In this document: one piece after another, positions 12,181-25,420 of the stretch
How positions within the stretch are numbered: the stretch's first letter is position 1
Layout: the number at the start of each line of letters is the position of its first letter
Assembly (NCBI GenBank): GCA_013239625.1
Contig: MU056303.1
Coordinates: forward strand, 11,104,286-11,168,285
Direction: 5' to 3'
DNA: 64,000 nucleotides
Origin: Lama guanicoe
Lineage: Eukaryota
The notes under the pieces: model-generated
The model's database searches: none
What the model was told of the DNA's origin: nothing
Seen by the model: the letters and a program-made list of their open reading frames with translations, nothing else
Position numbers and translations under genes: made by a program

Positions 12181-12319
12181 TGATCTAAACCCCTATACGT
12201 TATGGAGGCGGAGCTCGGAGACAGGTTGACCCTGAAAGAGAGACAAATTGAAGTATCAAGAAGCTGAACCAAGAGAAACATAGATTATATATTTTGGGTT
12301 TAAAAATTAATTAGTAATT

Positions 12320-13530
12320 CATTAATAAATTAGACAAGGATTTATTTACAGACTGCTTCTTGCATCACGCAGTTTGCCAGGCACTATGGATCTAGCAGTG
12401 GGAGACATATGGCCGTGTTCTCAAATATGCTGGCAGACTGGACAGGGAAGCCTATGAAAAGATCCATTTCAGTGCAACAGGGTACACGCTGTTGTGTTTG
12501 TTATTTAACGCTGAGTAATAAAGAGCCCCCAAACCTAGTGGCTTGAAACACTCATGAGCACTTACCACCTCTCAGTTTATGTGGGTCAGGAGTGGGAGTG
12601 GCTTCACTGGGTGGTTCTGGATCCAAGTCTCTCCCAAGGCTGCCGTTAAGATGTCATCTGGGGTCAAGTCATCTGAAGGTTTGACCGGGGCTGGAGGACT
12701 CACTTCAGGGATGGCTGGCCCATTGATGTGGTGGTCGGCAGGAGGCCTCCGTCCTTGCCCTTTGGGGCCTCTCTTACAGGCTGCTGGCTTCCCCAGGGCG
12801 AGCAATCAAAGGGAGAGCAAGCGGAAGCTGCAACATTCATTGTTCATAACTACCCTGGGTCTTCAGTACACTGTCACATCACGTCCTATCGGCTACACGG
12901 TCAGCCCTGCTCAGTGTGGGTAGGACCACACAAGGGCATGGACACCAGGACAAGAGGATGATGATGGAACAACGTGGAGGGTGGCGACACCGCTATCGTG
13001 GAAGGATGAGTAGTGCCCTTCAGGAGAACAGGCCTTGAACTTGACATACGTAGGCTTTGAACGAAGCCTTGGGAATAAACAGGTGTTTTTCCGTTGATCA
13101 GGATGGGTGGCAACACCGCAAGATGAAGGGCAAGGGCGCTCAACTGGCACAGCGTTTTGAAAAGCACTCTCATGTCTGGGGAATCGTGAGAAGTTCATCA
13201 AGGCAGAAACGATTCATGGTGGCAGAGAGCAGGAAGAAGTTATGCTGGGGCCTGATTATAAAAGACGCCGAATATATCTGAAGCTCAGTAGTGTAGGTTT
13301 TCTCCCAGAGGCAATGGAGGCGGGGGCAGAGCAGCATAACGAGCAGGGTTTAGGGAAGATTACACAGATGCCTAGAGGTGGCTCATGGAGAAGAGACCAG
13401 ACACTACTGAAAAACCAGGAAAAGGGGACAAGGGTGGCCTTTAAAACAAGGCGGTGAGGATGGTGAGGGAGGCCTGTTGGAGAACAAGCTGCTGTAGAAA
13501 CAACAAGATTTGGGGGCTCCTAGAAATTGC
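12320..13530 (-). mobile_element. L2 fragment interrupted by a MaLR LTR
   Basis: L2-like segments at 12320-12490 and ~13000-13530 flank the LTR. Confidence 0.55.
12494..12991 (-). mobile_element. MaLR solo LTR (MLT1F/H-like)
   Basis: CCCCCAAACCTAGTGGCTTGAAACA..GTCATCTGAAGGTTTGACCGGGGCTGGAGGA..CACACAAGGGCATGGACACCAGGA. Confidence 0.85.
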
Positions 13531-13779
13531 TGAGTTTGATTGCTTTCTTTCTAGAGATGGGGCCACTAAAGCAGAGGGGCCTGACTGGTTCAAAGCTAAT
13601 GTGACTTTTCACTAAGTTTCTAGATTGCTAACTGCAGGCAGTAGGGATGTATTCCCAGAAACAAGCATGTGTATCAAGATTCAGAGAGAGAAAGGTTGAG
13701 ACTTTGGGAGGTAGTGAGTTCGCCTTAACTTGAGATAATCAGTTACTAAAGAATGGCCGGAAGTTTCGCTGGTACACTT

Positions 13780-13985
13780 GGTTGAGTTAGGGTCCTCCTC
13801 TGACTCAACCCTTCACACCTGTTTTAAACTTGTCACATTGCACTGCAGTTCATGTGTCTCTGCCTCCTACATTCGATGTGAACCCCTTCCAGGTGAGGCC
13901 TGGTCCTCCGTCATCCTGCATCCTGGCACCTGGTCCAGGCACACAGGAGAAGCTCAGGGAATGCTGGGTGCAAAACTGAAGGAGC
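13780..13985 (+). mobile_element. L2 3' end
   Basis: GATGTGAACCCCTTCCAGGTGAGG..CCAGGCACACAGGAAGCTCAGGGAATGCTG. Confidence 0.6.
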
Positions 13986-15494
13986 AGTCAAGCCATGGCT
14001 TGGTGGATGGATTAGATGACCACTAAGGCTCAAAGAGTCGGTAATTTTCAACTCCTCTGAGGAAGGCAGCTTGGCCTCGGTGGTGTGAGGAGGATACAAG
14101 AGTTTAGCAGAAGATGATGGCTGTGGTAAAGGAAGGGACACTCAGAATCGGGCCTCAGAGTCCAACTTTAGAACTTTTGATTGTATTCTTACCCTGACTT
14201 CTCATTAAGGGAAAAAGTGTAGTTCTAGAAAATCAAATTATGTTGTTCAAAGCAAGAAAGGGCAAAAAAAAAAAAAAAAGAGCCCCTCCCAAGGCCTTGC
14301 TGACCAAGTGTCCCCCAGGTGGGTCGGGAGGTGGAGGTGGGAGTGAAGCATGGGCACAAGTCATTCAGCTCTAGGCTGCAGCCCCTCAACATTCTCCTCG
14401 TTGGATGGAGTGAAGCAGCAGAAACTGGGGTACCCAGTGGTCCTGGGACCCAGACTGAGGCTGAAAGAGCCAGTGACAGCTTTAGGACAAGGCAGAAGGC
14501 AGCTAATATGTATGTTAAACATATGGAAATGCGAGCAAATAGCGGAGCCGGAGAGACAAATATTGAACAGGGTCCAGACCTGAGACTAAACCAACATGGG
14601 GAAATGAGAAGCTGCTGGAAGCAAATGGGCTGCCAGGGGGACGGGGGAGGGCAGAGTGGGAGGGAGGCTGAGGATGGACCCGCCAGCAGACACTCACAAG
14701 CCACCATGCTTGAGTGGTGGTGCCACAGAGAGGTGGGGGTCTAGGCAAGCTCGGACTGAGTCTGTCATTTCTGTCAAAGGTTTTATGTCTTTGTACATTT
14801 CAACCTTCCTTAGCGTCTTCTCCCCGATTTCTGACAACCTCTCTGTCCTCCATTCCAGTCTCCACCCCAACCCATGAGCCTGGCTCAGATTGGAGATCTC
14901 CACCAGACTCACTCTCTCGGGTCAAAGCCCTGGAGATGACAGCTCCAGAATGTGGATACACAGATAACAGGCTTGGGGCAACAGGATGCTTTGAAGGGTG
15001 GGGAGCAGGTGAATAAGGGACTTGTCCTGAAGCTCGGTTTACCTAGCAAACACCCTCTTTACTTGGAGGGTATTATTCAGGTTGTTACTATTACAGGAAA
15101 GGTGGGCAGGATTCATAACCAAGTGTCTTCTCTTCTGGAAGAAACATAAGAGAGACAGTGGGGTAGTTGCAGTGTTGGATCTGTTCAAACCATGGGAGAC
15201 TAGTTGGGGGAGGAAATATGCAGGCTTTGTTTCTGTTTGAGGGCACCAGACTCTGCCCCAGCTCCTTGAGGGGACACTGGGAGGCAGAGCAGTCTGTGTC
15301 ACTGTCAGGAAGGACAAAGCCCTCATGTGGACCAGTGGGGTGGTGTGGGGGAGGGAGATTCTGCCATTCAAATGCAGGGACTGCCCTCTCTTGTCCTTCC
15401 AATCCAGCAGTTACCATGACCCCCTTGGGGAGCTCTTGGAGGTGAGGGGAAGGCATGGGACGGGGCTAGGTTAATTTTTGTTACTCTCATCACC

Positions 15495-15620
15495 TAAATT
15501 AATATCGTGAAGCTCAGAGAGATTATGTAATTGTTCCAAGGCTTTATGGCTAGTTGGTGGAGAGCCAGGGTTGGAATCCCAGCCTGATTCTAAAGTCTAT
15601 GATCTTCCCACCACGTCTGT
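15495..15620 (-). mobile_element. MIR SINE
   Basis: GAAGCTCAGAGAGATTATGTAATTGTTCCAAGG..GAGCCAGGGTTGGAATCCCAG. Confidence 0.7.
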
Positions 15621-16299
15621 TGCCAAAACAGCTCAGCTGCCTCGTGAAGACAAGGGTTCTTGGGTCTTGGCCAAGGGACACTGAGTGGTCAAGGTGCCAG
15701 AGCCAGAAAGGATGACGAAGGGCTCATTCACTCATCACTCACTCCTATAATTGGAACCTAATCGTCTCTGTAACACCTTCATTGGAAAGTCATTGGTGTG
15801 TTGGCTGGGCAGCCCACTGTGCTTTGAGAGGCTCCCTGAGAAGCCTGAGAAGAACTGAACCTGATGAGTACCACCCTGCCCCCAGCCTGCAATTCACTGC
15901 CCCTCTGCAGCAGGCATCTCCTGGGTCAGCCCGGCCTGGGCTGCTCATTCTCACCCGGAGATCAGTACGTACAGTCTCTCTGGGGCTTTTATATGTGTAA
16001 GTCTCTTTGGGGAGAGAAGACCCGTGTGTTCTGAAAAGACTTCACGTGGTGGAGCATCACTGGGACTGGCACCTTGGCCAAACTTTCTTGACAGTCCAGC
16101 TCTAGCCATGGGGGGAGTCAGAATGGCTCACCAAAAGCTACGCCCGATTCTACCTTCACGGGGGAAGACAATTATTTCGTCTTCTTTTGCTTTCCTCCTG
16201 AGATGATGCTCTTGTGTCTACTTGTCTCCTCTCCCTGGAGCTGGGGCCACAGGTCTACCATCAGAAACCATTTGAGCCTGACTTACAGTTTAATGTCCC

Positions 16300-16590
16300 C
16301 ATTGGAGTAAATCGTGTCCCCCACAAATTCACTGATTGAAGTCCTAACCTCCAATGTGGTGGTATTTGGAGATGGGGGCCTTGGGGAGGTAATTAGGGAC
16401 AGATGACAATGTGATGAGGGTAGGTTCCTATCATGGGATTAATGACTTAATAAGGAGAGAGAGAGGCTATCTCTTCATCATGTGAAGTCCACAGCAAGAA
16501 AGAAGCCGTCTCCAAGCCAGCAAGAGGGCTCTCACCAGGAACTGGATCAACCAGCACCATGATAGTGAACTTCTAGCCCCGGAATTCAGC
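16300..16590 (+). mobile_element. MaLR LTR (MLT1A-like), 3'-truncated
   Basis: GTGTCCCCCACAAATTCA..TTGAAGTCCTAACCTCCAATGTG..AAGAGGGCTCTCACCAGGAAC. Confidence 0.85.
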
Positions 16591-18282
16591 ATCAAAGTAG
16601 CCTTTGGTTTGTTTCAGAACCAGTTTTAGTTTGGTTTCCAAGCCCAACCCTTTCCTCGTATCCATGAGCACCAGTGTCTGAACTGGAGTCTTTACCCAGA
16701 TTACTTGACCAGTGATTCTGTTCCATCGAGGTTGGGTCCCTCCCTTAATTCTTCACCAGGCTTTGGCGTTTCTGCACCCAAGTCCCAGGGATCCTGCTGT
16801 TTCCAGCCAGTCAGGCCTCTCTGGTCATGATCACCCACTGCATCTTCACCTTCACGTGTGGCAGCCTCTGACTTCCCATCACAGGCTGCTTCACTTTCTC
16901 TCCAGGTCACTGCCCACTGACCCCGGCAACTCCTTCCTGATACTGAACCCTGTCCGTCTCCCTTTACCATGCTCTTCAGAATCGAACCCTTCCCTCCTTG
17001 CCTGCTGAACCCTGGAGCTCCACAGTGTGTCTACAGATCCCTGATTCTGCTATTCTCCACTTCAGATGACGGCGGCGGTGCTGGATGAGGCTCCCCGGAC
17101 AGGTGGGCGCTGGCTGATTTGGAGCCTTATTAAGAATTTCAACTTCAAATCCCAGGTGATCCAAACATACATTTAAGGAAACTTGAGCAAACTTCATATT
17201 CCACCAATATTTGCAAAGAAAAGTCAAGTCATTATGCAATGATATCCTATTAGCTTACATTAATAAAAGGGCACAAGAGCCATTCCTCTTGGTCCAGACA
17301 TTGTCCCAGCCTGTCTGGCAGAGCTGCCTGGTACTTGGGGACATCTCCAGCCCCTACTCTGGGCTTGGATGCCACAGAGACATGGAGAGAATGTCTTCTG
17401 AGAGGTGCCAAGAAGACCTCTCCGAGGTTAAATGCAGGACTAGTCAAAGAGCCTGACCAGACTGGAGGCTGGAGGAGGTGGGATAGCAGGAAGTGGGCTG
17501 TCTGGCTGCGGCTCTCAGTCACTGAGCTTCTGCCAGTGACCAAGGATGGTGCCTGGGGGTGAAGGATGCAGTGTCAGACACGTCTGAGGCCGTTGGGTTC
17601 CTAAAGAAACCTGACCGCAATGCAAAGAAGACAGAACCATCCTTCCCTTCTCCGCCCACTTTCTACACTCTCTTCTTTCTCATCAGGGACTAAGATGGTG
17701 TCTATTTTAACACATACGTTAGCAATGAGAGCCCACTGGGATAAGGAAGAATAGGATTTACCTCCCCCTGACCCAGCGTGGAATGGGATTCTGGTTCCCC
17801 GAGAAGGCGTGTGTGTTTTCCAGCATTCTCTGGCACTTCTGCAGACAACCCTGAGATGTCTTTGGTGATCTCGCCAGAGCAAGCCCTGGTCCCAGTGAAA
17901 CTGCCAGGCAGTTGAAATGGGATTCAGCTGACATGACCAGTGGGATGCTGCCCCCAGGGGGCTGAGTCTGGGGTGATCGATTCACCAGAGTCTCCTATGA
18001 GCCAGTCCTTTTCCTTGTTGTTTTAGCAACCCAAACCTCTGTAAAAATACCTGTCTGTCATCAGGCGAGAAGCAGGGAGGCTCTGAGATGCTAGTGATCA
18101 CCTGAGGCCATGGCTCTGTTCACAGCTGGACCACCATCCACGTAAATGTTATGGTTTGGGGTTCCTGGAAAGCCATTCCCTGGTCCTTAGATCTCATCTG
18201 CCATTGTCCTGAAATTCCTTCATGAGACAGTCACTCTTCTGTCTCAGAACATCAGATCTGGAAGCCACTGGAAGGTCATCTA

Positions 18283-18453
18283 GTGCATTCATTTTCAAAC
18301 TTTGCTCACAGACTCCGAGAATCCAGTGGAAATGACTGAGCATTTCTGGGACACATGTCCGTAAGACCGTCACACACGAATCCTCTCATACAATTTGCAG
18401 GGAATTCCTGGCTTCCCCAAGCCCATTCGTGGACCCCAGGTTAAGGCTTCTTG
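18283..18453 (-). mobile_element. Non-autonomous hAT-Charlie-type DNA element inside a MIR-like fragment
   Basis: CATACAATTTGCAGGG..CCCATTCGTGGACCCCAGGTTAAG; flanked by NTCTAGTN 8-mers, the Charlie-type target. Confidence 0.55.
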
Positions 18454-18859
18454 GTCTAGTCCGAGCTCTGCCCTCCTTAGACGAGCCAAAGAGGCTGAGA
18501 TGCTGAGGGCTCGCCCAGGGTCCCTTCTTCACTCTCAGGCACTGTTTCTCCCACACTTCATTAAATCCCCGGGATCCACCTTTTCAGGTTTCCTGAGTTC
18601 CCTGGGAAAGTGAGACTGCCCTGCAGGGGCGACACCTTTAACTGCAGGCTCCAAACTAGCAGGGGTGTGCAGGCGGCCAGTGGAGGGCAAGGCGCCCCTG
18701 CGTCAGGAAGGAGGATGCCTTGCGTTCTTACCCCTGAGGAGGAGTGGAGGCCAGCCCGTTCCAGATCAAAGCCTTTCTTGGCCACGTGACTTTTTGGTGG
18801 GTTTGTTCATTTGCGACTCCATTTTCTCATCTTCAAGATGGAGTTAACAGCAAGGCCTA

Positions 18860-19980
18860 TGTTGGCAGCGGAAGACGGGAGATCGCGGCGTGGAAGTGTT
18901 AAATCCTGGGAGGTGGTCATTTTGACGTTATTCTGGGGGCAGCCAGGGGCCCCGCACGTGTGACCCGACTCTGCGTCCCTAAGGCCGGCGGTGCTAATCT
19001 TGGGCTTCCTTTTGAATGCTTCTCAGCCTGGCTTCTTCCTGGCCAGCCCTGAGTCCCAGGGCTCCTGCTCAGGAAGTACGACCCAGCAGGGAAGAAGTTT
19101 GGGCCTTGAATAACTGGCTCCCCGCCGCGCAGCACCGGCACACACACACACACACACACTACCCTGCTGCCCGTGAACCCTAAGGGTAGCTTCATGCCCT
19201 GGGAAAGGGCAGGGGGTGAATGACAGGGGTGAAGGAGGAGGGGTATCAGGGCCCCTGCACGAGGCTTGGTTTTGTGTGTGAGTGTGTGTGTGAATGTGAG
19301 AGAGACAGAGAGACACAGGACAGAGACAGAGACAGGGAGACAAATAGAGGTGCAAGGGAAGAGCAGACGTGTGTTCGTCTGGCACAGTTCAGCCCTCTCC
19401 CTCGGGGCCCAGGGTCCGCGGGGATCTGAGATGCTGAGGCTTTGCAAACCGTGCTCCGCCCCAACGCAGGACGCAAAAGCCCGACCAGCTCCGCAGGAAA
19501 CTTAAGCAGGTAAACGGCAGAGACGGCCTGGGGCTGCGGCAGCCCCTCAGAGTCCCAGCTCCCCAGCGAGGGGAGGGGAGCAGGCGAATCCCTTATCTTT
19601 TCCCCAACAGTTACCGTCCGGACAGCCAGCACCAGCCGAACCCAGCCCTTCCGGGCGGGGCTGCCCCGTTCCCATTTGCAGCTGCTGCTGCTCGCCCCGC
19701 CTTTCAATTTGGTTTTAAGATGCGATGGATACAGATTGCAAAGGTTTGGTCAGCTTTGGAGCTGAAGCAGATTTTCCAGCAGGGGCCTGGGAACACGCGA
19801 GGAAGGGGGAGGGGGAAGGAAAAAATTGCTACAAGGCCTCCTGCAGCCTGTCGGGAGCATTAACGCAGGATGATGTAGGAGAGGCGACTAAGCGGCTTCT
19901 GTGTCAGCTACACTGAATCAAACTTCCTCAAATACATGCACGGGAGCGCGCGAGCCAGCCACCTCCGGAATGGAAAACAG
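18860..19980. promoter_or_regulatory. CpG-rich island with no recognised gene
   Basis: Locally high CpG and GC content, GC boxes near 19655 and 19695, CACGTG E-boxes, embedded (CA)n and (GT)/(GA) tracts. Confidence 0.6.
19137..19340. repeat. (CA)n, (TG)n and (GAGACA)n simple repeats
   Basis: Directly visible. Confidence 0.85.
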
Positions 19981-20529
19981 CCTCTTAGCTATAAGGGCTT
20001 GTTTGTTTTTTTTATGTTTTGCAAAATATATGAGAAACGCTATGCATAAATTAGACTAGAAGGAGGGAGAGCATGGGCCGTGGGGGCTGTCTCGCCTTCT
20101 GCTGGAGGGATGGGAAGGACCAGGCCCTGTCTGTCCTCAGAAGCAAAATTGGGTGGGGAGTGGCCACGGAGTCTGGGGGAGACTGGGGAGGGGAGCACCG
20201 AGGTCCTGAGTGTGCGGGAGAGCCCCAGAGCCCCAGAAGGTAACCGAATGCACTCTGACAACTGACCAAAGCGATAAAAACCCTGTACCTGCCTCACCCC
20301 AGAATCCCACCCTCACCCCTATACCCTCCCCAAGAGAGGGGACAACACGGAAAGGTGGAGTCCTGGTCCAAGGGTGGCAGGTGTCTGGACCCAACTTCAT
20401 CATAGCCTGCTGAGCTCAGACATCACCCTTTTATTTTGAGTGCTTGCTGCATGACAGGGACTTTTTAAATTAATTTATTTTTAAAACATTTAACAAATAC
20501 ATATCATACATACTATGGACCAAGCGTTG

Positions 20530-20922
20530 CTTTTTTCTAATATATTTTATTGAAATAGAGTCAGTTTACAATGTTGTGTCAATTTCTGGTGTACAGCACA
20601 AGGCTTCAGTCACACAGGAACATACATGTATTCATTTTCATATTCTTTTCCATCATAGGTGACTACAAGATACTGAATGCAGTTCCCTGGGCTACACAAT
20701 ATGAACTTGTTTACCTATTTTATATACATTAGTTAGTATCTGCAAATCTCGAACTCCCAGTATATCCCTTCCCACCCTCTTCCCTCCCGGGTAACCATAA
20801 GTTTGTTCTCTATGTCTGTGAAATTGTTTCTGTTTTATAAATAAGTTCATTTGTCTTTTTTTTAAGATTCCATGTGTAAGTGCTATCATATGGCATTTTT
20901 CTTTCTCTTTGTGGCTGACTTC
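20530..20922 (-). mobile_element. Camelid/cetartiodactyl-type L1 3' end inserted in a MIR (MIR parts ~20425-20530 and 21065-21195)
   Basis: TTTTATTGAAATAGAGTCAGTTTACAATGTTGTGTCAATTTCTGGTGTACAGC...; runs into an N-run. Confidence 0.9.
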
Positions 20923-21062
20923 NNNNNNNNNNNNNNNNNNNNNNNNNNNNNNNNNNNNNNNNNNNNNNNNNNNNNNNNNNNNNNNNNNNNNNNNNNNNNN
21001 NNNNNNNNNNNNNNNNNNNNNNNNNNNNNNNNNNNNNNNNNNNNNNNNNNNNNNNNNNNNNN
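20923..21062. other. N-run (140 nt)
   Basis: Directly visible. Confidence 1.
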
Positions 21063-22215
21063 TTTGAAAATAGGGTTCTTCTACCTCCATCTGAAGGCTG
21101 AGGAAACTGAGGTTCAGGGAGGTTAGTGGATCAAGTTCCCACCGCCTCTAAGGGGCTTGGTCAGAATTCCAACACCCGTGATCTCTCCACCACAAAGTGT
21201 TCTGTGTGTGCTCGCTGCTGTGGGTGTGGTACCTTCCTCCATCAGACCTGCCCAACACACCTAGTCTGTGCCTTATTTTTTTTACTTCCGCCACAACTCC
21301 TCCCCTGCTTCCCTTTCAACTTTTTCAGCACATCCTTTCTTCTTTCCTATCTTTGCCTTCCTCCCTCTCCTCCCCTTTGTATCCTGAATTTCACTTGCTG
21401 TGGTTTCCCTGATGCCCCAGGTCACTGCCTTTTATTCTGATCCTCATTAAGCGCTTAATAAGCGCCAGGAAAGGTGACGGGGTCTGGACAGAACAAGACA
21501 TTTCCTACCATCCCCTCTTCCCTACCTTGCTTCTTTCCTTATTCCCTCACTCACTATAGGACTTGCTTTCTGGCCCCTCGCTGCTGGTCCTGCTGGCCAG
21601 CAATCTGGCACCAGACGGCTCTTCCCCATCCTAGGAATGATGTGGGGGATGATATCCAGGGTGGCTCAGGAGCAGGGGGGACACTTGGCTGAGGAGCACG
21701 TGGCATCCTCTCTGCTGGCTGGCCTCTCTGAGGTGCTCCCTCAAGCCCTTCCTCCCCACATTCACAGGGCAGCCGGCACTCACCTCACAGGAGGGGAGCG
21801 GCCCCAACGCCCCTTCTGCTTTTCACCGTCTTCCTCCACCCTATGACACCACCTGAGCTAAACCACTTCCTGCATGCGAATCGTTTAGAGCTGACAGCCT
21901 GGAGGACAGCCCAGGGAATGGCTGCCCCTGCACTGACCTCCTCCATCTGGTGTCTCTCTCGGACAGAAACTGGGAAGATGGTCAACAAAGAAACAGTTCC
22001 TGGCACCTTCACCGGAAGGTGGGTAAACCATGCCAGGATTGCTTGTCCCCTGGCCAGGGGGAAAGTGGCACAGAGCCCAGGAGCTTTCCAGGGCCCTTGT
22101 GACATAGGGAACAATGAAATCACTCAGCCCCAGATTCCTTGCAATTGACTTTCTCCATTTCCAGCCGGGACCTCCAAGAGAGAGCTTCCACCTGACCTCA
22201 GTGCCTCTGCTTGGA

Positions 22216-22303
22216 CACACACACGTGCATATACACACAGACACATGCCCACACAAATACACACACACACATATACACACGTACACATATGCTCACATGC
22301 ACG
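22216..22303. repeat. Imperfect (CA)n tract
   Basis: Directly visible. Confidence 0.85.
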
Positions 22304-24142
22304 TTTGGCCCAGGGGTCAAACCCTTCATGCCCTTGGTATTTCTGCATAAGCTTTGACACTTCCAGCTCCTATCTGGGAACTGTCTTTTGCACCTGCAGC
22401 TTCACCCTCCTTCATCTAACACTCTTTTCTACCTCTAAGCAGTGTGCATAGGATAAAAACATCGACCTCAACACAAAGTTCTTGTAAGGGTCAATTGAGA
22501 TAATTGATGTGAACGTGTTTTCTGGGGTAGAAAGGGCTAAATGAATGAATGGCAGCCCAGTGTCCTGGCTGAGCCCCTGTTCATGGGCCCTTTGTGCCAG
22601 GAGTGAGGTGAGGGTCCAGGGAGCCTGCCCTCTGCATGCTTCTTCTGTCTTAGGACTTTTGATAAACGGTTGAGAGAAGAATTGCACTCTTTTTATAGAT
22701 GCCAGGTTTGGCTTTTTTGCAACTCTCCTTGTTACCGGGATGTGTCGGAGCACCAGAGTAGATCGGGGCAGACCTAGCGAGAAGAGAAGTGGGGAGAGGG
22801 CCGTTTTCCTCCTGTTTATGTGAGTGACTGACTTCTGGGAAGGGAGGAGGGGGCGGCTAGAGCCAAAGGCTGAAGAGGCTGGATTTTATCTGGGTTCAGA
22901 GAGTTCTGCTCAGAAGCCTGGGGTTCAGGTGTGAGGCATTCCTTCCCCCACCGCTCACCTGGTCCCCCAGACCATGTACAGCCCTGGCATCCTACAGGAG
23001 CAGACGGTCCAGGTATCTCCCACCAGCTGCACAGGGGCATTGAGACACCTCCCCCAGGAGGCCTGAAACAGCTCCTGTGCAGAGGGGTACTTTAGGGAGC
23101 CTCAGGTATAACCAGGGAGACTTTCAGGGGCATGAGGATGGGGTGATGCCCTACAGTCAGGTTTCAATCACCATGGCCTCTGGGGGGTTATTGTTGGCAG
23201 GACCTGCCCACTTATACCCATAGGTGCTGAAGCCTCAGACATTCAGTTGTAGATTGTTTCATTCACAGTGATCATTCCCAAAGGAAGATATACAACTTCC
23301 CAGTCTGATGATCCAGGCTCTGCTCCCTCCCTGACATCGTGTGAGCTTCTGGACTGTTACTCCCTTGGTTTCTGATGATGCTAAAGGAACCCCAAACCCA
23401 GATTCAGAACTGATGGGCTCCATCTCCAAACATGTATGGGACCACTGGTGGTCCCAACACTGTCCACACTCTGGAGAAAGCACAGGAGGTCATCACTGCT
23501 GGCATGTAGGATGTTGGGTGCACGTTAGTAGAAGGTATCCTCTTGGACCAGAAAAATGGCAACATGGTACTCCCAAATACCAAAAAAAAAAAAAAAGGAC
23601 CCCTTCTTTGGACTGACCAATCAGAAAAAGAGGTCGTGGTTTGGGGATTTCTGTCCTTACTTTGCACACCGTAGGTGAAAATTCTATTCTTCCCATAGAA
23701 AGCTCTCAACCAAATTGAAAGGACAAGACAGACACAAAGAAAATGCACCTGGTTCCATATGGCTTTGAACAGTTTTGTATGTGACATGGGGGGGGGTCAT
23801 CCTGTAAGTCTTCCTGGAGGAGGTTGGAGGTTGGGAAGACCCTGAAAGATGGGGAGAATGGGGACTAAAGGCATGTCTAGTCTGATATTTCTCCATCGCA
23901 GCAGAGAGAAAACACCACACTCCTGACATCTTCAGACACGCCAAATTGGCTCAAATCTATGGTTCAAAGGGCCAAGGATTCTGTCTTCTAGAGACACCTG
24001 TTTAGAAAGTGTGCGAAATACCAAGCAAGTTGAAAATCCATGAAACTGACAGCCACAGATTAGGGTTGTATCCTGAACTCCCCCAGGAATGGCGATCCAG
24101 TGCCGTCACAGCACTGATGTGATAGTAATTAGAATAACTACC

Positions 24143-24432
24143 CAGACACGCAGACATAGTAAACAATCTTCATGGTTACTGGGGGAAAAGGAGTGGGAAG
24201 GGGTAAATTTGAGAGTTTGAGATCTGCAAATGTTAACCACTATATATAAAAATAGATGAAAACCAAATTTCTTCTGTATAGTACAGGGAATTCTATTCAA
24301 TATCTTGTAATAACTTTTAATGAAAAAGAATATGAAAACAAATATATGTATGTATATGTGTGACTGGGACACTACGCTGTGTATCAGAGATTGACACACT
24401 GTGACTGACTGTACTTCAGTTGAAAAACAAAA
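24143..24432 (+). mobile_element. Camelid-type L1 3' end
   Basis: CAGACATAGTAAACAA..CAGGGAATTCTATTCAATATCTTGTAATAAC..GACTGTACTTCAG plus short A-tail. Confidence 0.9.
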
Positions 24433-24434
24433 GG

Positions 24435-24860
24435 AGATCTGCCGTTTGCTGAGTACTCGCTATCTGCTAGGCACTGGGCTGTGCACTTTTGACGCAATGT
24501 CTCATTTAACATTCACGACACTCTTACAAGCTATGTATTAGTTTTCCAACTTTATAAATTAATAAACAGGCTCACAGTAAACACTGACAAGGGGAGCCCT
24601 TATGTTGTGTTTGCTATGTTTCAGTCACCTTTATAAACACTTTTTATATGTATATACCTCATACTAATTTACTTAACCTTACTTAATCCTCAGAGTAACT
24701 GTATGATGTAGTTGTGCTATTTTTGCCCAATCTTATTGATGAGGAAAATGAAACCCAAGAAGGTTAAATCACTTGCCTAAGATTTAAAAAAAAATAATGC
24801 TTAAGGTCCCGTGGCTGGCCAATGAGAACTAGAATTCAAACCCAGGCTGGTGGTGGTTCT
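24435..24860 (-). mobile_element. Two adjacent MIR SINEs
   Basis: TTGCTGAGTACTCGCTATCTGCTAGGCACTG..; GATGAGGAAAATGAAACCCAAGAAGGTTAAATCACTTGCCTAAG. Confidence 0.75.
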
Positions 24861-25224
24861 CCTAAATCCAACTTTTCACATCCTAATGGAGGGCAACAGA
24901 GCCCCAAGTCTTCCTCCGAAAGGGCCCTAAAAGCAGAGGCACGAACCCCTAGCCCCAGGGGTCTGGGGGTACTGCCTGCGGCAGCTCGCTGTCAGTGTGA
25001 AATTCCTTTGAAGCCATGTGTTTTATCCTAGGGATTTTTTTTTTTTTTGGTGAATTTTGCATTCTGCTCCGTGATGTACAACTTTAACCCAAAAAGTCCT
25101 GTTTTGATTTTTCCTGTTGTTCTCAAAACTTTAAGGAAGGAGGATGCCCCAGGAAGCCATACTGTGCTGACCCTATGGGCTTGCTTCCCTCCTGGCCCAC
25201 AGTTTGATGCTCCTGGATTTACAA

Positions 25225-25420
25225 GGTGAGTGGCTGAAGTGGAAAGAACTTGGCTTTCGGAACCAGACGGATTGGAGCTCAGATCCTGGCTCTGCTTTCC
25301 CACCGAGTGCTGTGCCCTGGGACTAGCCACTCCATTGCTCTGAGATCAGGTTCCTTTCCTGTATAAGTAAGAGGTAAGTACAGGTGCCTGCCAGAGTGAC
25401 GTCACAGGACTGAGGTGAGG
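25225..25420 (+). mobile_element. MIR SINE
   Basis: GGCTTTCGGAACCAGAC..CAGATCCTGGCTCTGC..CTGTGCCCTGGG. Confidence 0.75.

Noticed and set aside
21446-21459. 14-bp perfect palindrome ATTAAGCGCTTAAT
   Set aside because: Palindromes of this length arise by chance a few times in 64 kb, and the context resembles a decayed MIR/L2 end.
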